A stretch of DNA of 64,000 bases. Source: Hypanus sabinus. Its lineage: Eukaryota. Where the stretch lies: positions 24,490,001-24,554,000 of the forward strand of contig NC_082731.1 of NCBI RefSeq assembly GCF_030144855.1, written 5' to 3'. The first letter of the stretch is position 1; every line of letters begins with the position of its first letter. Positions 1-13,153 of the stretch are shown here, in pieces. The notes beneath the pieces are model-generated. The model had not been told where the DNA came from. It ran no database searches and worked only from the letters and a program-made list of their open reading frames with translations. Position numbers and translations under genes: made by a program.

Positions 1-504
1 TTCCAAACTCCCTTCAGAATTATCTAATCCATGAGCATTGCAACTTTGCCTTTTTGGCATACATTTACCATGTCCTATTGTAATTAGTAGGCCACATAAT
101 AAGAAGCATTTAGGATTCTGTATGAAAATCTTTCCAGTCATTTTTACGATTGCAGTTTCCCAGAGCTACCCACACTGAATTGATACCTTCCGATCCTTTG
201 TTACCTCTTTTTTTAAGCATACTGTGTTGAACTTCATTTCAATGTATTGTGTTGATGGACGCTCCAAGCAGCAGTATAGATACCTTCTTCAAAGTGATAA
301 TTCTGGTCCGATTATGTGGTAATGCGTTTATGTCTAATTTGCAGAAGGTGGAGAGATGTCCGGAACGTCTATTACACAGCAGCGATGACGAATGTGTTAG
401 ATATCCCGTTTTCTGTTTTTAAATGGTTTATGCCGCAGAGGAAAAAAAAACACACAACAACAGCTACGCTGGAAGTTTAAGTCCAATATGGGAACGTATG
501 ATGA

Positions 505-1793
505 GCGAAAGTGAATGTATCTATAATGAAAATTCTTAAAGGAATAATCTTGAAACAGGACAAGGGTGAGCCAGTGGATGTCGTGTACCTCGACTTTCAG
601 GAAGCCTTTGATAATGTCCCCCATTGGAAATCAGTGTGCAAAATTAGAGCACATGCAATTGGGGGTAGAGTACTGAAACGGACAGAAAATTGTTTGGCGG
701 ACAGGTATCAAACTGCAGGGATTGACGGTCACTTATCAGACTGGCAGGCAGTGACTAGTGGTGTACGCAAGGCTCGGCGCTGGGACCGCAGCTATTACAA
801 TGTACTTTAGTGTTTTAGATGAAGAGATTAAAAATAACATTCGCAAATTTGCAGATGAAATAACAGCTGGGAGACAGTGTGAATTTTGGGGGGTGGGATG
901 TTATGCGAATGCAGGGTGAACTGTACAGGCTGGATGAGTGGGAATATGCGTGGAAGATGCAGTTTAATGTAGATAAATGTGAGGTCATCCACTTTGGTGG
1001 AAAGAACAGGCAGAAGAATTATTGTCTGAATGGTGTCAAGTTAGGAAAAGTGAAAGTGCAACGAGCTGAAGTGCCAACGAGATCAGGAGATCAAGAGATC
1101 AGTTAATGAAAGTATCCATGCGGGTACAGCAGCTACTGAAATAAGCTAATGACATGTTGGCCTTCTTAACAAGAGGAGTTGATATACGAGCAAAGACGTC
1201 CTTCTGCAGTTGTGCAGAGCCCTGGTGAGACTACACTTGTAGTATTGTGTCAAGTTTTAGTCTCCAAATTTGAGGAAGGACATTCTCGCTACTGAGGGAG
1301 GCCAGTGTACTTTCACGCGGCTAATTTCCAGGATGGCTGGGCTGTCATATGTTGAAATAATGGAGCGACTGGGCTTGTATATACTGGAATTTAGAAGTAT
1401 GAAAGCAGATGTGATTGAAACATATAAGATTATTAAGTGACTGGACACGCGGGAGGCAGGATACATGCTTCCGATGTGGGGGGAGTCCTGAACCAAAGGA
1501 CACAGTATAACAATAAGTGATGGAACATTTCGAGAGGAATTGAGGAAACACTTTTCACCAAGAGAGGTGTGGACTCGTGGAATGCTCAGCCTCAGAAAGC
1601 AGTGGAGGCCAATTCTCTGGATGTTTTCAAGAATGACATAGATAGAGCTCTTAAAGATAGCTGAGTCAAGGGACATGAGGCGAAGGCTGAAACGGAGTAC
1701 GGTTTATGGATAATCAGTCATGTTCACAGTGAATGGCGGCGCTGCCTCGTGATGCCGGATGGCGTACTCTTCCACCTATTGTCTATTGTCTAT
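505..1793 (+). mobile_element. CR1-type LINE, 3' part of ORF2 (RT) and 3' tail
   Basis: VYLDFQEAFDNVPH, KFADE, QFNVDKCEVIHFG, LVRLHL.YC motifs; frameshifted; (TTGTCTA)n tail. Confidence 0.92.
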
Positions 1794-1989
1794 TCAAAAC
1801 CGTTCACTTTGATGAGTGGCTGACATAATGCGTACGTAGTGATGAATGAGGCCAGAGAGGCAGCATTCTTAATCACTTTAATATAAATGATGGAATCAGA
1901 AATATGTTAAAGAAGGTCAGGCATTGTTCAATTATATGGGGTATGGTACTGCAAGAGTAAACAGCAGGCAAACGATCTGGACATTGATT

Positions 1990-2830
1990 ACGGTGTTCAG
2001 GAGACCTGCTGTTGCAGGGAATGCTATGGCAGATGCGTAGGACTGTTTCTGACGTCGCCTATATATGATAGTGCAGCGGCGGGTAACTTCAAATAATTTG
2101 GTGGAACGATTAAACAGTTAGAGTGCTTTCTGAAGTGGAGGAAATTGAGAAATTGGAAGTGATTAGTGAGCACTCGTGTCGCAGATGGGAAAGATAAACG
2201 TGCATGTTGTTTCGGTTGTCAGAGGAAAAAGCAATATTCAGTTTCAAGAGTCCTAGAATATAAAATTAAATGTGTAATACTGAAAGATTTGTAGGCATTG
2301 TTGCGATCACATGTATGCATTTAGTACCCATTTGGAAGACAGAATGTGCTGACGTTGCATTTCACGACTATAATAAGTGCAGTAAGAGTGAACCATTTGA
2401 GAATACTTGTTTGTTGTGGGCCTCTCCTCGCAGATTGTTGGAAAAAAATTAAATTAAATCCCCTCGAAACATACTGAATATTGACGAAAATAGATAGGGT
2501 GCACATGAGATAGATTTTCCAATGATGAATTGGAAGTGAGAATGCGATCTCAAAATAGAAGGGTTTTCTTTTAGTTAGAGGTAAGGAGGAATTTAATTAG
2601 CGACAATGTCATTATTAGGTGTTATTCATTGCCAGAGACGGATGTGAATGTTAGATAATTAGGGTATAATTAAAGTTGCGTTTAATTCTTTCTTCATTAG
2701 CAAGTGTGTCAGAGGGTCCGGAGGCAGGCATGAGAATCCCGTTTAAAATAACAAGCGATAATAAATCCGACTTAACAGGATGACGGGCCCAACTAGGTTT
2801 GCGGAATGGTTCTATTATGCTCGAATATCT
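1990..2830 (+). mobile_element. Heavily decayed CR1-type LINE fragment
   Basis: Degenerate versions of the CR1 RT and 3' sequences seen at 500-1790. Confidence 0.6.
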
Positions 2831-3469
2831 TATGGTCTTATTTCAGAAAAGATAGTCTTTCCATTTAAAAGAAATAAAGCTGACATCACATGCAACGCAT
2901 GAGGAATATCATGAAGCTGCAAACAAAATTAAATGACAAGTAAAAATGTTGAGGCTTGGTTTAAGATATGGAAACAACGACGACAGCTTTTCAGAACACC
3001 TAAACTTCACAAGGTTTCGGATATGGCCCACAGACGGAGTGAGAGACTCTGAAGCAGGTCGATAGATCACAGATTTTGATTCGAAAAAGGGAAAACAAAA
3101 CATAAACGCTAGGCTAAACATGGCCGTTAACTAAAACTCTCAAAAGGGAAACGAAGCCTACAGTGCGGCCAAAAAGAATATCTACAAATGAAACGAATTT
3201 GTAAACGAATTAAACTCTAGAGTCAGTTGTTTTGGAAACTCCAATGGCTCAGGTAAAGCCGAATGCAAAATAGCAGCGAAGTATTGCTGTATCCTATCCA
3301 AGTGTCGACAAGCACTACGACGACAAGAACGTAGCTAAATACTATCACGACTAAATATTAACTACCTGAATCGTGGAAATACACAAGAGCAATTGCCGTA
3401 TCTACCGCGCTGCCGATTTCGTGGTTTTATCAGGTCCAACTTAAGTTACAGCACTTATGTTCAGCACTT

Positions 3470-3918
3470 AAGTTACAGAGAAAGTTTGAACAAGTTACGT
3501 CTCTATTCATTGGAGCGTAGAAGGTTGAGGGGGGTTTTGATCGAGGTATTTAAAATTTTGAGAGGGATAGATAGAGTTGACGTGAATAGGCTGTTTCCAT
3601 TGAGAATAGGGGAGAATCAAACGAGAGGACATGATTTGAGTGTTAGGGGGCAGAAGTTTAAGGGAAACACGAGAGGGTATTTCTTTACTCAGAGAGTGAT
3701 AGCTGTGTGGAATGAGCTTCATGTAGAAGTAGTAGAGGCCAGTTCAGTTGTGTCATTTAAGGTAATATTGGATAGTTATATGGACAGGAAAGGAGTGGAG
3801 GGTTATGGGCTGAGTGCGGGTAGGTGGGACTAGGTGAGATTAAGAGTTCGGCACGGACTGGGAGGGCCGAGATGGCCTGTTTCCGTGCTGTGATTGTTAT
3901 ATGGTTATATGGTTATAT
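3470..3918 (+). mobile_element. CR1-type LINE 3' end
   Basis: LNKLRLYSLERRRLRGVLIEVFKILRGIDRV...FFTQRVIAVWNEL; (TTATATGG)n tail. Confidence 0.92.
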
Positions 3919-3949
3919 TGTTACTTCTCCTGGCTCTGCCCTAGCGGCG

Positions 3950-6520
3950 CCACAGACCAGTGTCCGCTGAATTTTCTGATCAACGAATTGTCCAATATTT
4001 CCATCGTTGGGATTTAAGTATGTTCTTCGGGGCCATAAGCTGCCCAGGTCACAAAGTACTGGACATTACCACGTAACTGGCGAGATGCCAGGAGGCGCTG
4101 CACAGTGTAGTCAAAGGAAACATTATAAGGCGAAGAGGATTTGGACGTTTGGTGACTGAGGACAGGGAATATGCTGCAACTGGGTTGAGTTGGGAAACAT
4201 GGAATATTGGGTGGATCTCCTGTGATACTGGGAGACGCAAATTATAGAATATATTATTAACATCATTTTCCACTACAGACTGACCCACGTAGTGCAGTGA
4301 CAATTTCCGGTTTTCGACATTCGGTGGAAGATCCTTTGATGCCAACCAAATCTCCTCTCCTGGCTTGAATGCCTTAACTGTCGACAGAGTCGACGAGCAC
4401 GTCGGGAATGCTGTTTCGCGGCGCGCAGCAGAGACGCCGTGTTTCAGTTCTAGATGCGATTGCAGCGCTCGATCAGTTGTTCAGCAGCAGAAAATCCCCC
4501 GTCGAACTTCGAATCAGGTCAGAGCGGGGGATGGAATCCCTTCTTGGAATTCAAAGAAAATCATATCTGTGGGGGACGACTGGACGTTATTGTGGGCGAT
4601 CTCTGCATAAACCAATTGGAAGCTCCAGAATGTGGTGTTGGAAGAGGCAAGACAGAGCAGGGCTGCCCCCAAATCTTGGTTCACACTCTCAGTCTGGCCA
4701 TTAGATAGGGGATAGTGGCCAGATGAAAGGCTGGACGTGGCTCCAACAAGAATGCCTTCCGAAAGCGGGAAGTCAATGATGGTCCACGATCATCAACACT
4801 ATGTCTTGCGGAAAGCCAGGGACACTGAACACATGTTGAACATGAGTTTGTCCGTTTTACGAACTGATTGGAGCTTGGACAGCAACTTGAGCACCTTGCA
4901 TATGATCTACAACGAACAAAGTGGTCGTGTTTACATTAGCAGGAGCCAGACGAGTAATGGAATGTACAGAGAGGTGGGGACCAGAGGTGCTGGGGCACAG
5001 ACAGTAGATATAACAGACCAGCAGGACGCTACCGTAATATCTTGTTCCTAGCGCAGATGGGACAGTCAGAATCAAATTCGTATACATCCTGGGACAGAGA
5101 AGCACACGAGATTTGTGTGTTCATATCCCGTTAGTCCGTTGAGCTCCCTGATGTCCAGACAGAAGGGAGAAGTGACCCGCTTCCAACACATTGGAAGGCA
5201 ACGCTGCAGAGACACAGTAATTTGGGAGGTCCATAACCGGACACGGATCCGATAGCTGACCGGCACACACCTCTGCCTCTTTTCCCCAGATCACTGGAGC
5301 AGCGATGAATGAGAGAGGAAAAAGGGGTTGCGGATCGGCATTTTCCTCATTTCCGTCGAACTGTCCGGAGAGAGAGCCCGCCTTGTATTCTTGTTCCGGG
5401 GAGGGTAAGTGAGGACAAAATTGAACCCTGTGAGAATGCGAGCCCAGCGGGTTTGACGAGAATTGAGTCTCTTAGCATTCTGATCATATTATTTTTAGGT
5501 TTTTTTATGATCAGTCCATTCCAAGAATGGATGCTCTACACCCACCAGCCAAAGTCGCCATTCCTCGATGTCCTCCTTGACAACCAGAATCTCCCAGTTC
5601 GCAAAGTCGTAATTCCTCTCGGCCAGAGTCAAGCGACGGGAAAGAAATGCATATGGGTGCAGCCGGCTACCGGCAGACGAGCGCTGAGAGATGACAGCTG
5701 GAATGCATACGTCGGATGCATCCACCTCGACAATGAATGGATGAGATCGGTCTGGGTGTTGCAGCGCCGGGGTAGTGGTGAAATGTTGCTTTGGCTCAGA
5801 AAATGCTTAGTCGTCATCGTCCGTCCAATGGAAAGGTGCCGATTTTCTCATTGTAAGTGCATTAATTGGAGCCGCGAATGAGCCGAAATTCCAGATAGAA
5901 AGTTTGCACTCCCATGAAGCTCTATATCTGTTTGACTGTAGACGGTTTGGACCACTCAGCAAATACCTGAAATTTAGTAGTGTCCATTTGAACACTGGAT
6001 GGGTTAACCTCCAAAACCACACTCGGTTTTTATGGAAATCAGATTGCTCAGGCCTGGTATACAGCTTATAATCAGCAAGGCGTCTAAGTGCTCTCCCGAC
6101 GTGTTCCTGGTATGAGCGGTAGTAGCTAAGGATATAATCGAAATACACAAACAAAAACTTGCTCAACTTGACCCTGAGGACATCGTTTACCAAGGTCTGG
6201 AACACAGCTGGGACGTTGGGCAGAACAACAGGCATCACTAGGTATTCATTGTGCCAATTCGAGGTGCAGAAAGCCGTTTTGCACTCATCCCCTTCTGCGA
6301 ATCTGATTGTAAGCATTGCTCAGATCAAATTTGCAAAATGATGTTGCTTCCTGGAGGTGCTCAAACGCAGACGCCAACAAGGGAAGAAGTTTGGCTCTTC
6401 AAAATGATGTTGTCCAGTGGTCGGTAAACGATTCAGGGACCGAGTTTGCCATGGCCTCTCGTATTCTTCTCTCCTCGTCTAAGTGGAAAGAGCCACTTGC
6501 AGTTGCTATGTCTATACACT
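3950..6520 (-). mobile_element. Ty3/Gypsy LTR retrotransposon pol remnant (RT, RNase H, integrase, chromodomain-side region)
   Basis: RT KTAFCTS..NEYLVMP...NVPAVFQTLVNDVL...FVYFDYILSY; RNase H DASDV...FLSRRLT.AERNYD; integrase-side IHPIFHVSQL. Confidence 0.92.
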
Positions 6521-8262
6521 TTCTAATTTTGTTAACTTCGAATAAAGCTCCCCTCATTCTTCTATGTTACAACGAATAAAGTCATAAGCTGTTCAATCTT
6601 TCCCTGTAACTGAACAACTGAAGACCCAGAAACATCCTAGCAAACCTTTTCTGCACAATTTAATTCTTACTGATATATTTCCTATAGTTAGTTGACCAGA
6701 ACTGCACATATTACACGGAAGGAAGAATTTCCTCATTACGAATGTATTCAGATATACAACATTATTACATCAAACTGCAATATCCCTGCGATATCCTTTC
6801 AAGAAATTTGTACAGCAAGTAATTAAAACACATTTGATTTTATAAAGTCTCTAAGCTCTAAACATTTTACGGTCCAAACACCTCGGTTGTCTTTCCATTC
6901 ATCCTTGTAACAATTTCTTGTTTATCACTCCCTGGAAAGGGCGAGTCTTTTCTTAGTGTCGCTTAAAGAATTACAAGACTGAGCACCACAAACGAGAATG
7001 CTACTTTAACTGTAAGACAACACGGCCCATGGAAACATTACGGGATTCCTTGCACAAAAAGTGGCGAATTCCAGAAACTATCCGACTCCCCAGCTACTTT
7101 TGTAAACCTTGTGTATACCCAAGTAAATCTTGTCTTATTTTGTTTAGTTGGAACAGAAATCCCTCGAATACCAGTCATTTCCATCAACTAACATGATCAC
7201 ATGCGCAGAGATTTGAAGTCTGGAGCTGTTTCACAGTTCATCTCTCCCGCGGTCCGTACATGACACTCTCCCTACATCATCAAGCTGTGGGATGGTAGGG
7301 AATACTTACAAAGGCATTGTTGTCAGCGACTTTCACTGGGCGACATGCAGTCAGGATGCAAAACACCTTTAACACAACGATTGCACAGGTGGCGCCACAG
7401 CATTGTCCCACTATCCTTTGCTGATAAACTGGAGCGGGAGATGTATAGGGCAAAGACCATAAGGCAAACAGAGCAGTCATTCTGTTCAAGGACAGGGCAA
7501 TCGAACAATAAATAAAGGCTTAAATACAATCTTCTGCAAGTTGGATATCATGATGGATGAGTGACGATCTTGAGAGGAAGCTACACATCCCGGAGGCTGT
7601 GCGAGCAACTCTTCTATCACACCGAACAGTCCAGCGAAGTGAAAGAAAAAAAAAAACAAAACCGTCATCAACATCCTTTCAGAGCTCACAGTACCACATA
7701 AAGACGGTAACGATATGGTTCACTACAGAAAGGTCCTAAAGTAACAATCCGGGGGTGCAAGGTCAATGGATGGAAAATTGTGATCATTGACCTGTTGTTC
7801 GGTTTTTAACTGTCTCCCTTCAAGGCAGGTATGGCGCTTTCTGTCTGAGCTGGGCTTCAATGCAAAGTGCCAGAACCAAGCAGCATGGGGGATTGGCGAA
7901 GAAGCATCAAGTGTCTGTCATAAGAAATGCAACAGTCGAGAAGAGTTGAGCTGGAACACAGCAACACACGGACAGTGGCATGGGCTCAGCTGCTGACCAG
8001 CTAAATGGGGACCCAGTGGTTAAAGTTTGGGCACCACCTGAAGACATCTGCTCCTCACCGAAGGCTACGGATACCTCATCAGATAAATGAACAGGGCAGC
8101 TCAGTGTATGAATTTACAATTTACTACATAAAAATACAGATTTCCTATTTCTTCGTTGGATTTTCAGACACATTATACCATGTGAGCTTAACAAAATGTC
8201 AAGTGAATAATAAAAACATTTTAGCTTTATAAACATTTCATCTATTTGCAAACCTCTATATA

Positions 8263-9890
8263 CAGTCGCATGCAAAATTTTGTGCACTTCTAGTCAAAAT
8301 TTATTTTACTGTGAATAGATAACCGAGTAAAAGATGACCTGATTTCTAGAAGACATAAGATTAAAGATGATAGTTTTATTTAATACTTCAAGCATGATTA
8401 AATTTTTATATCTATCTTTATACAGTTTCAAAATAATTTAAAAAAGGAACAAGGGCGAAGCAACAGTTTAGGTACCTTGCATGCTCAGTACTTAGTAAGA
8501 CGCCCTATGTCAAGAATCACAGCTTAAAAGAAAATTCTGTAAGCAGCTAAGAGTCTTTCAATTCTTGTTTGGGGGATTTTCGCCTATTCTTCCTTGCAAG
8601 TCTTCAAGTTCTATGATATTATTAGGCCGTCCTGCATGCATTGAAGTTTTGATGTCTAACTACAAAATTGCGACGGTGTATAAGCCGAGGGACTTTGAGG
8701 GCCATGGCAAAAGAGTCCGCCTGGGCCTCTAGTTTCAGTCCATTGTGGATTTTGAGGTGTGTTTAGGATCAATCTACTGCTGTAGAAGTCTTTCTGTTTC
8801 CATATTCAGCTTCTTTTTTTTTTTTTTTGCAGACGGTGTGATATTCGTTTGGAGAATTTGCTGGCATTTATATGAAATCACTCTTTCTTCTACCAGTGAA
8901 ATGTTCCCCGTGCCAATGGCTGCAACGGAAGCCCAAAGTAGTTCGATCCATCCCTGTGCTTAACTGCTGTAGAGGAGTTCCTTTCGTGAAATTCTGCACT
9001 TTTTTTCTCCAAATGTACCTTCACTCATTGGGACCCAAAGCTTCTATTTTAACTTCATCAGTCCACAGGATTTGTTTCTAAAATACAGCAGACTTGTTTA
9101 GATGTACCTTTGCAAACGTCTGACGCTGTATTTTGTGGTGTGGAAGCAGGAATGATTTTCTTCTGCTGACACTTCCATTAATGGCATATTTGTGCAGGTG
9201 TCTCTGCACAGTAGAACAGTGCACCACCACTTCAGTGTCTGTTAAATCATCCTGAAGATTTTTGGGAGTCAAACGGGGCTTTAAATTGTCCTTTCTAGCA
9301 ATCCTATGAGCAGATCTCTCGGAAAGTTTTCTTGGTCTTCCAGATGTCAACTTGATATCCACCGTTCCTGTTCACTGCAATTTCTGAATTACGTTACGCA
9401 CTGAGGAAACGGCTACCTAAAATCACTTTGCTGACTTCTTATCGCCTTCTCCTGCTTTGTGGGCATTATCTATTTTAATTTTCAAAGTGCTAGGCAGCTG
9501 CCTAAAGAAGACCATCGCTGCTGATTTTTGGGATAAGGTTTGAGGAGCCAGGGTATACAGAAAGCTTTGATATTTGGATCGCCTGCCCTTTTCTAAAGAT
9601 GACTGTGAACAAGACATTAACGTCTAATTAACGTCTGAGGACTTGATAAAAGTTTTCCGAGAAAGTGAATATATTGGGGCGCCCAAACATTAGCATGATG
9701 CCTATTACTTTTTTTTTCCACTCTAAATTTGTGCAAAACAAAATAACACAGCGAATCTTGCTTAAAATATTGAAAAGTCTGTTTTATCTTTAACTTTCTG
9801 ACTTTATGAGATCAGTTTATTTTCTACTCGCTTAACTATTCAGAGCAGTAGAAATATTGACCAGGGAGCCCAAATTCTTGCATGCCTCAG
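8263..9890 (-). mobile_element. Tc1-family DNA transposon (decayed)
   Basis: TA-flanked; TIRs CAGTCGCATGCAAAATTTTG... and ...CAAATTCTTGCATGCCTCAG; transposase SGRPRKLSER...PRLTP..LQ..L...STVQRHLH. Confidence 0.9.
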
Positions 9891-9910
9891 TAGATGACAT
9901 TATATAGAAA

Positions 9911-10057
9911 NNNNNNNNNNNNNNNNNNNNNNNNNNNNNNNNNNNNNNNNNNNNNNNNNNNNNNNNNNNNNNNNNNNNNNNNNNNNNNNNNNNNNNNNNN
10001 NNNNNNNNNNNNNNNNNNNNNNNNNNNNNNNNNNNNNNNNNNNNNNNNNNNNNNNNN
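9911..10057. other. Assembly gap (N run)
   Basis: Run of N. Confidence 1.
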
Positions 10058-10469
10058 CACTCACAAGAAACACATGGAACAGCTAAGAATATTCATTAAA
10101 GAAATGTGCACTGCCAATTGTCGAGCTGGGTTGCTGGTTTACAGGTTTGAGCAGTTGACAAAGGGTAGCGTTTCCATAAGCAAATATTGTGTGATGTTTT
10201 CAAACAACTGGTGATCTTTTTCACACTTTTGTGCTTAAAATGTTCGGAGCTAATGGAAGAATTGGCAGCCTTGCAATTTTCACTCAGTGTACAGCATGAT
10301 GAAACAATAGACATCTGTCAATATCCTCAACTCAAGATTTTTTTAGATCATGATTCCAACAAAGGAAAGTTTCCATTGTGTATGTAACTTTGGAAACCAC
10401 AAGGGGCGGTAACGTTTTGTATAATATCTTATTCTTATTGTTAATAATACTATCGTTATTGTTGTTGTT

Positions 10470-10545
10470 AATATTATTAAATTTATTATTATTATCATTG
10501 TTGTTGTTGTTGTTGCTGCTGCTGCTGCTGTTGTTGTAGCTGCTG
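10470..10545. repeat. Compound trinucleotide microsatellite (ATT/GTT/GCT)n
   Basis: Direct reading. Confidence 0.9.
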
Positions 10546-12107
10546 TTATTTCCGCGATGATCTTTTATCGGAAAACAAATAACTACGTTCTTGTTTTTTT
10601 TTACAAGGAGAGACTTTGTGCGATGATTGTTAACACATCAGTTCTTTTTATACTTCAGTAAAAAATGAATTTCCACACAACATGCAGAGTCTTTTAGTTA
10701 CAGAAAAAATCACTTGCACCAAAGATTGTTAAAATACACCAGAAATAAGTTTAGTCAGCACCATAAAAGTCATCAACTTTCCCTGAAGCAAGACATCAAA
10801 TAATCGCATTTTTGAATGGCTTTGCCAGTAATTGTCGTGCAGATCATGAAAAATGTACATCACACAGGAGTTCGATTCCCATCAAGGAGGCGATACTTTA
10901 AGCACACTTTAGTATCACGGAACCTTAGTATATTTCACGACAGAAATGTCAGTCAGCTAATCTGGACCTTGCCGAGACATTTCAAAAACCCATTCCCATC
11001 GAACTATACCGTGAAACATAGTCCGCATGACCCTATCATCTATGCAACTGTTTAAACGGCTCTTCAACGTTGAAATGATTCTTGAATGCACCAGTCTCTT
11101 TGGCAGAAGGTTTCAAACTCTCACGGACATTCCAGCGAAGTTTAACCACATGTGCCACTTATAAATTTCACCTTTCCTTCGACCCCTGAACTCCAGTAAT
11201 AGTCCCAATCGCTTCGTTTTGAAAAACCTGCTGCATTCACTCTCTCCTTATCCGTTATTTCGGATGCGTCTATCAGCTCTCCTCTTCAACTTCAACGTTC
11301 GAAGGGAAGAGCCCTTTTCGACGCTTCTACATAATCCATGTCCACAACATCAGACAACATCCTTGCTAACATCCCTGCAAACTTTCACATGTATTTACTA
11401 ACTTACCGTAGGTAGGTAACAAAGTTAGGCTTCATCAATGTCGTCCACAGGTTTAACATTGCATACTATATGTTGCGCCCGGTACATTGACTTATGAAGG
11501 CCAAGTTTCCAAAATTTTTCTTTCCGTCACTCTCAACATATGACTTATATTTTCACATCCGTAGTCTGGTAACACGTTATTCTGCCATTTTGCTCAGTGC
11601 TCCGCTCTTAATTTTGTGAGAATTTCTCTGGTTAGTCCTATCAAAGTGCAACACCGTCATTTTCCATTTCTCCCCCCAGTGAGTCCTCATCGTATTGCAC
11701 GCAATGAACATTCCGCTGGCTGTCTAGTACATCCCAAACCTTGGTGGCATACAGTTAGGAGCATTGTTATCAGGATAATTGAGAAAGATGACAAACAACA
11801 TATGTGATATGTAGATGGAAGTCATTTAAAATGTATGATGAAAGTAAGTCTTTAAATTCAATGTCCTGAATTCACCATTACTGATGCTTGTGAAAAGTTA
11901 CACGCATTCCTAGTTAAGTTATTGATGTGAATGAAGGGAATGCAGGGTGGACTTTGTGCAATTTTCTAATGCCGGTAGAAATATTTTAGCAAGACGAGGA
12001 AATACTTTGTCAATATCTTTGAAGATCATCATATGCGAACACTTGAAAAATATTAGAAATCTATTACAACTCATTAAAACACTCAGTCGAACATCAAGTG
12101 TGCAGAG

Positions 12108-12195
12108 AAAGGGAGACAGAAAGATTGAAAGTGAGCAACAGAGAGTAGAGAGAAAAAGAGCGAGAGAGAGCGAGGGAGAGAGAGAACGCGAGAGG
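12108..12195. repeat. GA-rich simple repeat
   Basis: Degenerate (GA)n. Confidence 0.8.
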
Positions 12196-12424
12196 TAGTG
12201 ATGGTGCAAATTATAAAACACGCAAACAGCGTAAAATTGAAATTCATACCAGTTAAATCTGCAGCTGACTTATATTTCAAAGAATTTGAGTCAGAAGCTC
12301 TGAAGCTAGCAGAGATTCGAATAAACCCAGCTGAGTAGCAATCGTGACGAAATCGTCTCTAGCCTCCTATCCCGACATTCCGACGACTTCATCTGTTAGG
12401 TGCGCAAATTGGCCAAACTTTGGG

Positions 12425-13153
12425 AGGCATTCCAAAGAGACCTCGGAGTCCCAGTTCACCAGTCAATGAAGGTGAATGAGCAAGTGCAACAGGCAGTGAA
12501 GAGGGCAAATGGAATGTGGGCCTTTGTTACAAGGGGAATTGAATACAAGAGCAAGGATGTTCTTTTGCATTTGTACAGGGCCCTGGTGAGACCACACCTG
12601 GAATATTGTGTACAGTTTTGGTCTCCAGGTTTAAGGAAGGACATTCTGGCAATTGAGTAAGTGCAGCGTCGATTCACTAGGTTGATTCCTGGGATGGCAG
12701 GGCTGTCTTACGCAGAGAGATTGGAGAGATTGGGCTTGTACACGCTTGAATTGAGGAGATTGAGAGGGGATCTGATTGAAACGTTTAAGATAATTAAAGG
12801 ATATGATAGGATTGAGGCAGGAAATATGTTCCAGATGTTGGGAGAGTCCAGCACCAGAGGGCATGGATTGAGAATAAGAGGTCAGTTATTTAAAACAGAG
12901 TTGAGGAAGAGCTTCTTCTCCCAGAGAGTTGTGGAGGTGTGGAATACACTGCCTCGGAAGACGGTGGAGGCCAATTCTCTGGATGCTTTCAAGAAGGAGC
13001 TGGATAGATATCTGATGGATAGGGGAATCAAGGGATATGGGGACAAGGCAGAGACTGGGTATTGATAGTGAATGATCAGCCATGATCTCAGAATGGCGGT
13101 GCAGACTCGAGGGGCCGAATGGTCTACTTCTGCAACTATTGTCTATTGTCTAT
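12425..13153 (+). mobile_element. 5'-truncated young CR1-type LINE
   Basis: LYRALVRPHLEYCVQFWSP...RFTRLIPGM...; (TTGTCTA)n tail; very similar to the 55258-55950 copy. Confidence 0.95.

Noticed and set aside
5309-5881. 190-aa plus-strand ORF
   Set aside because: Antisense to the Gypsy RNase H region.
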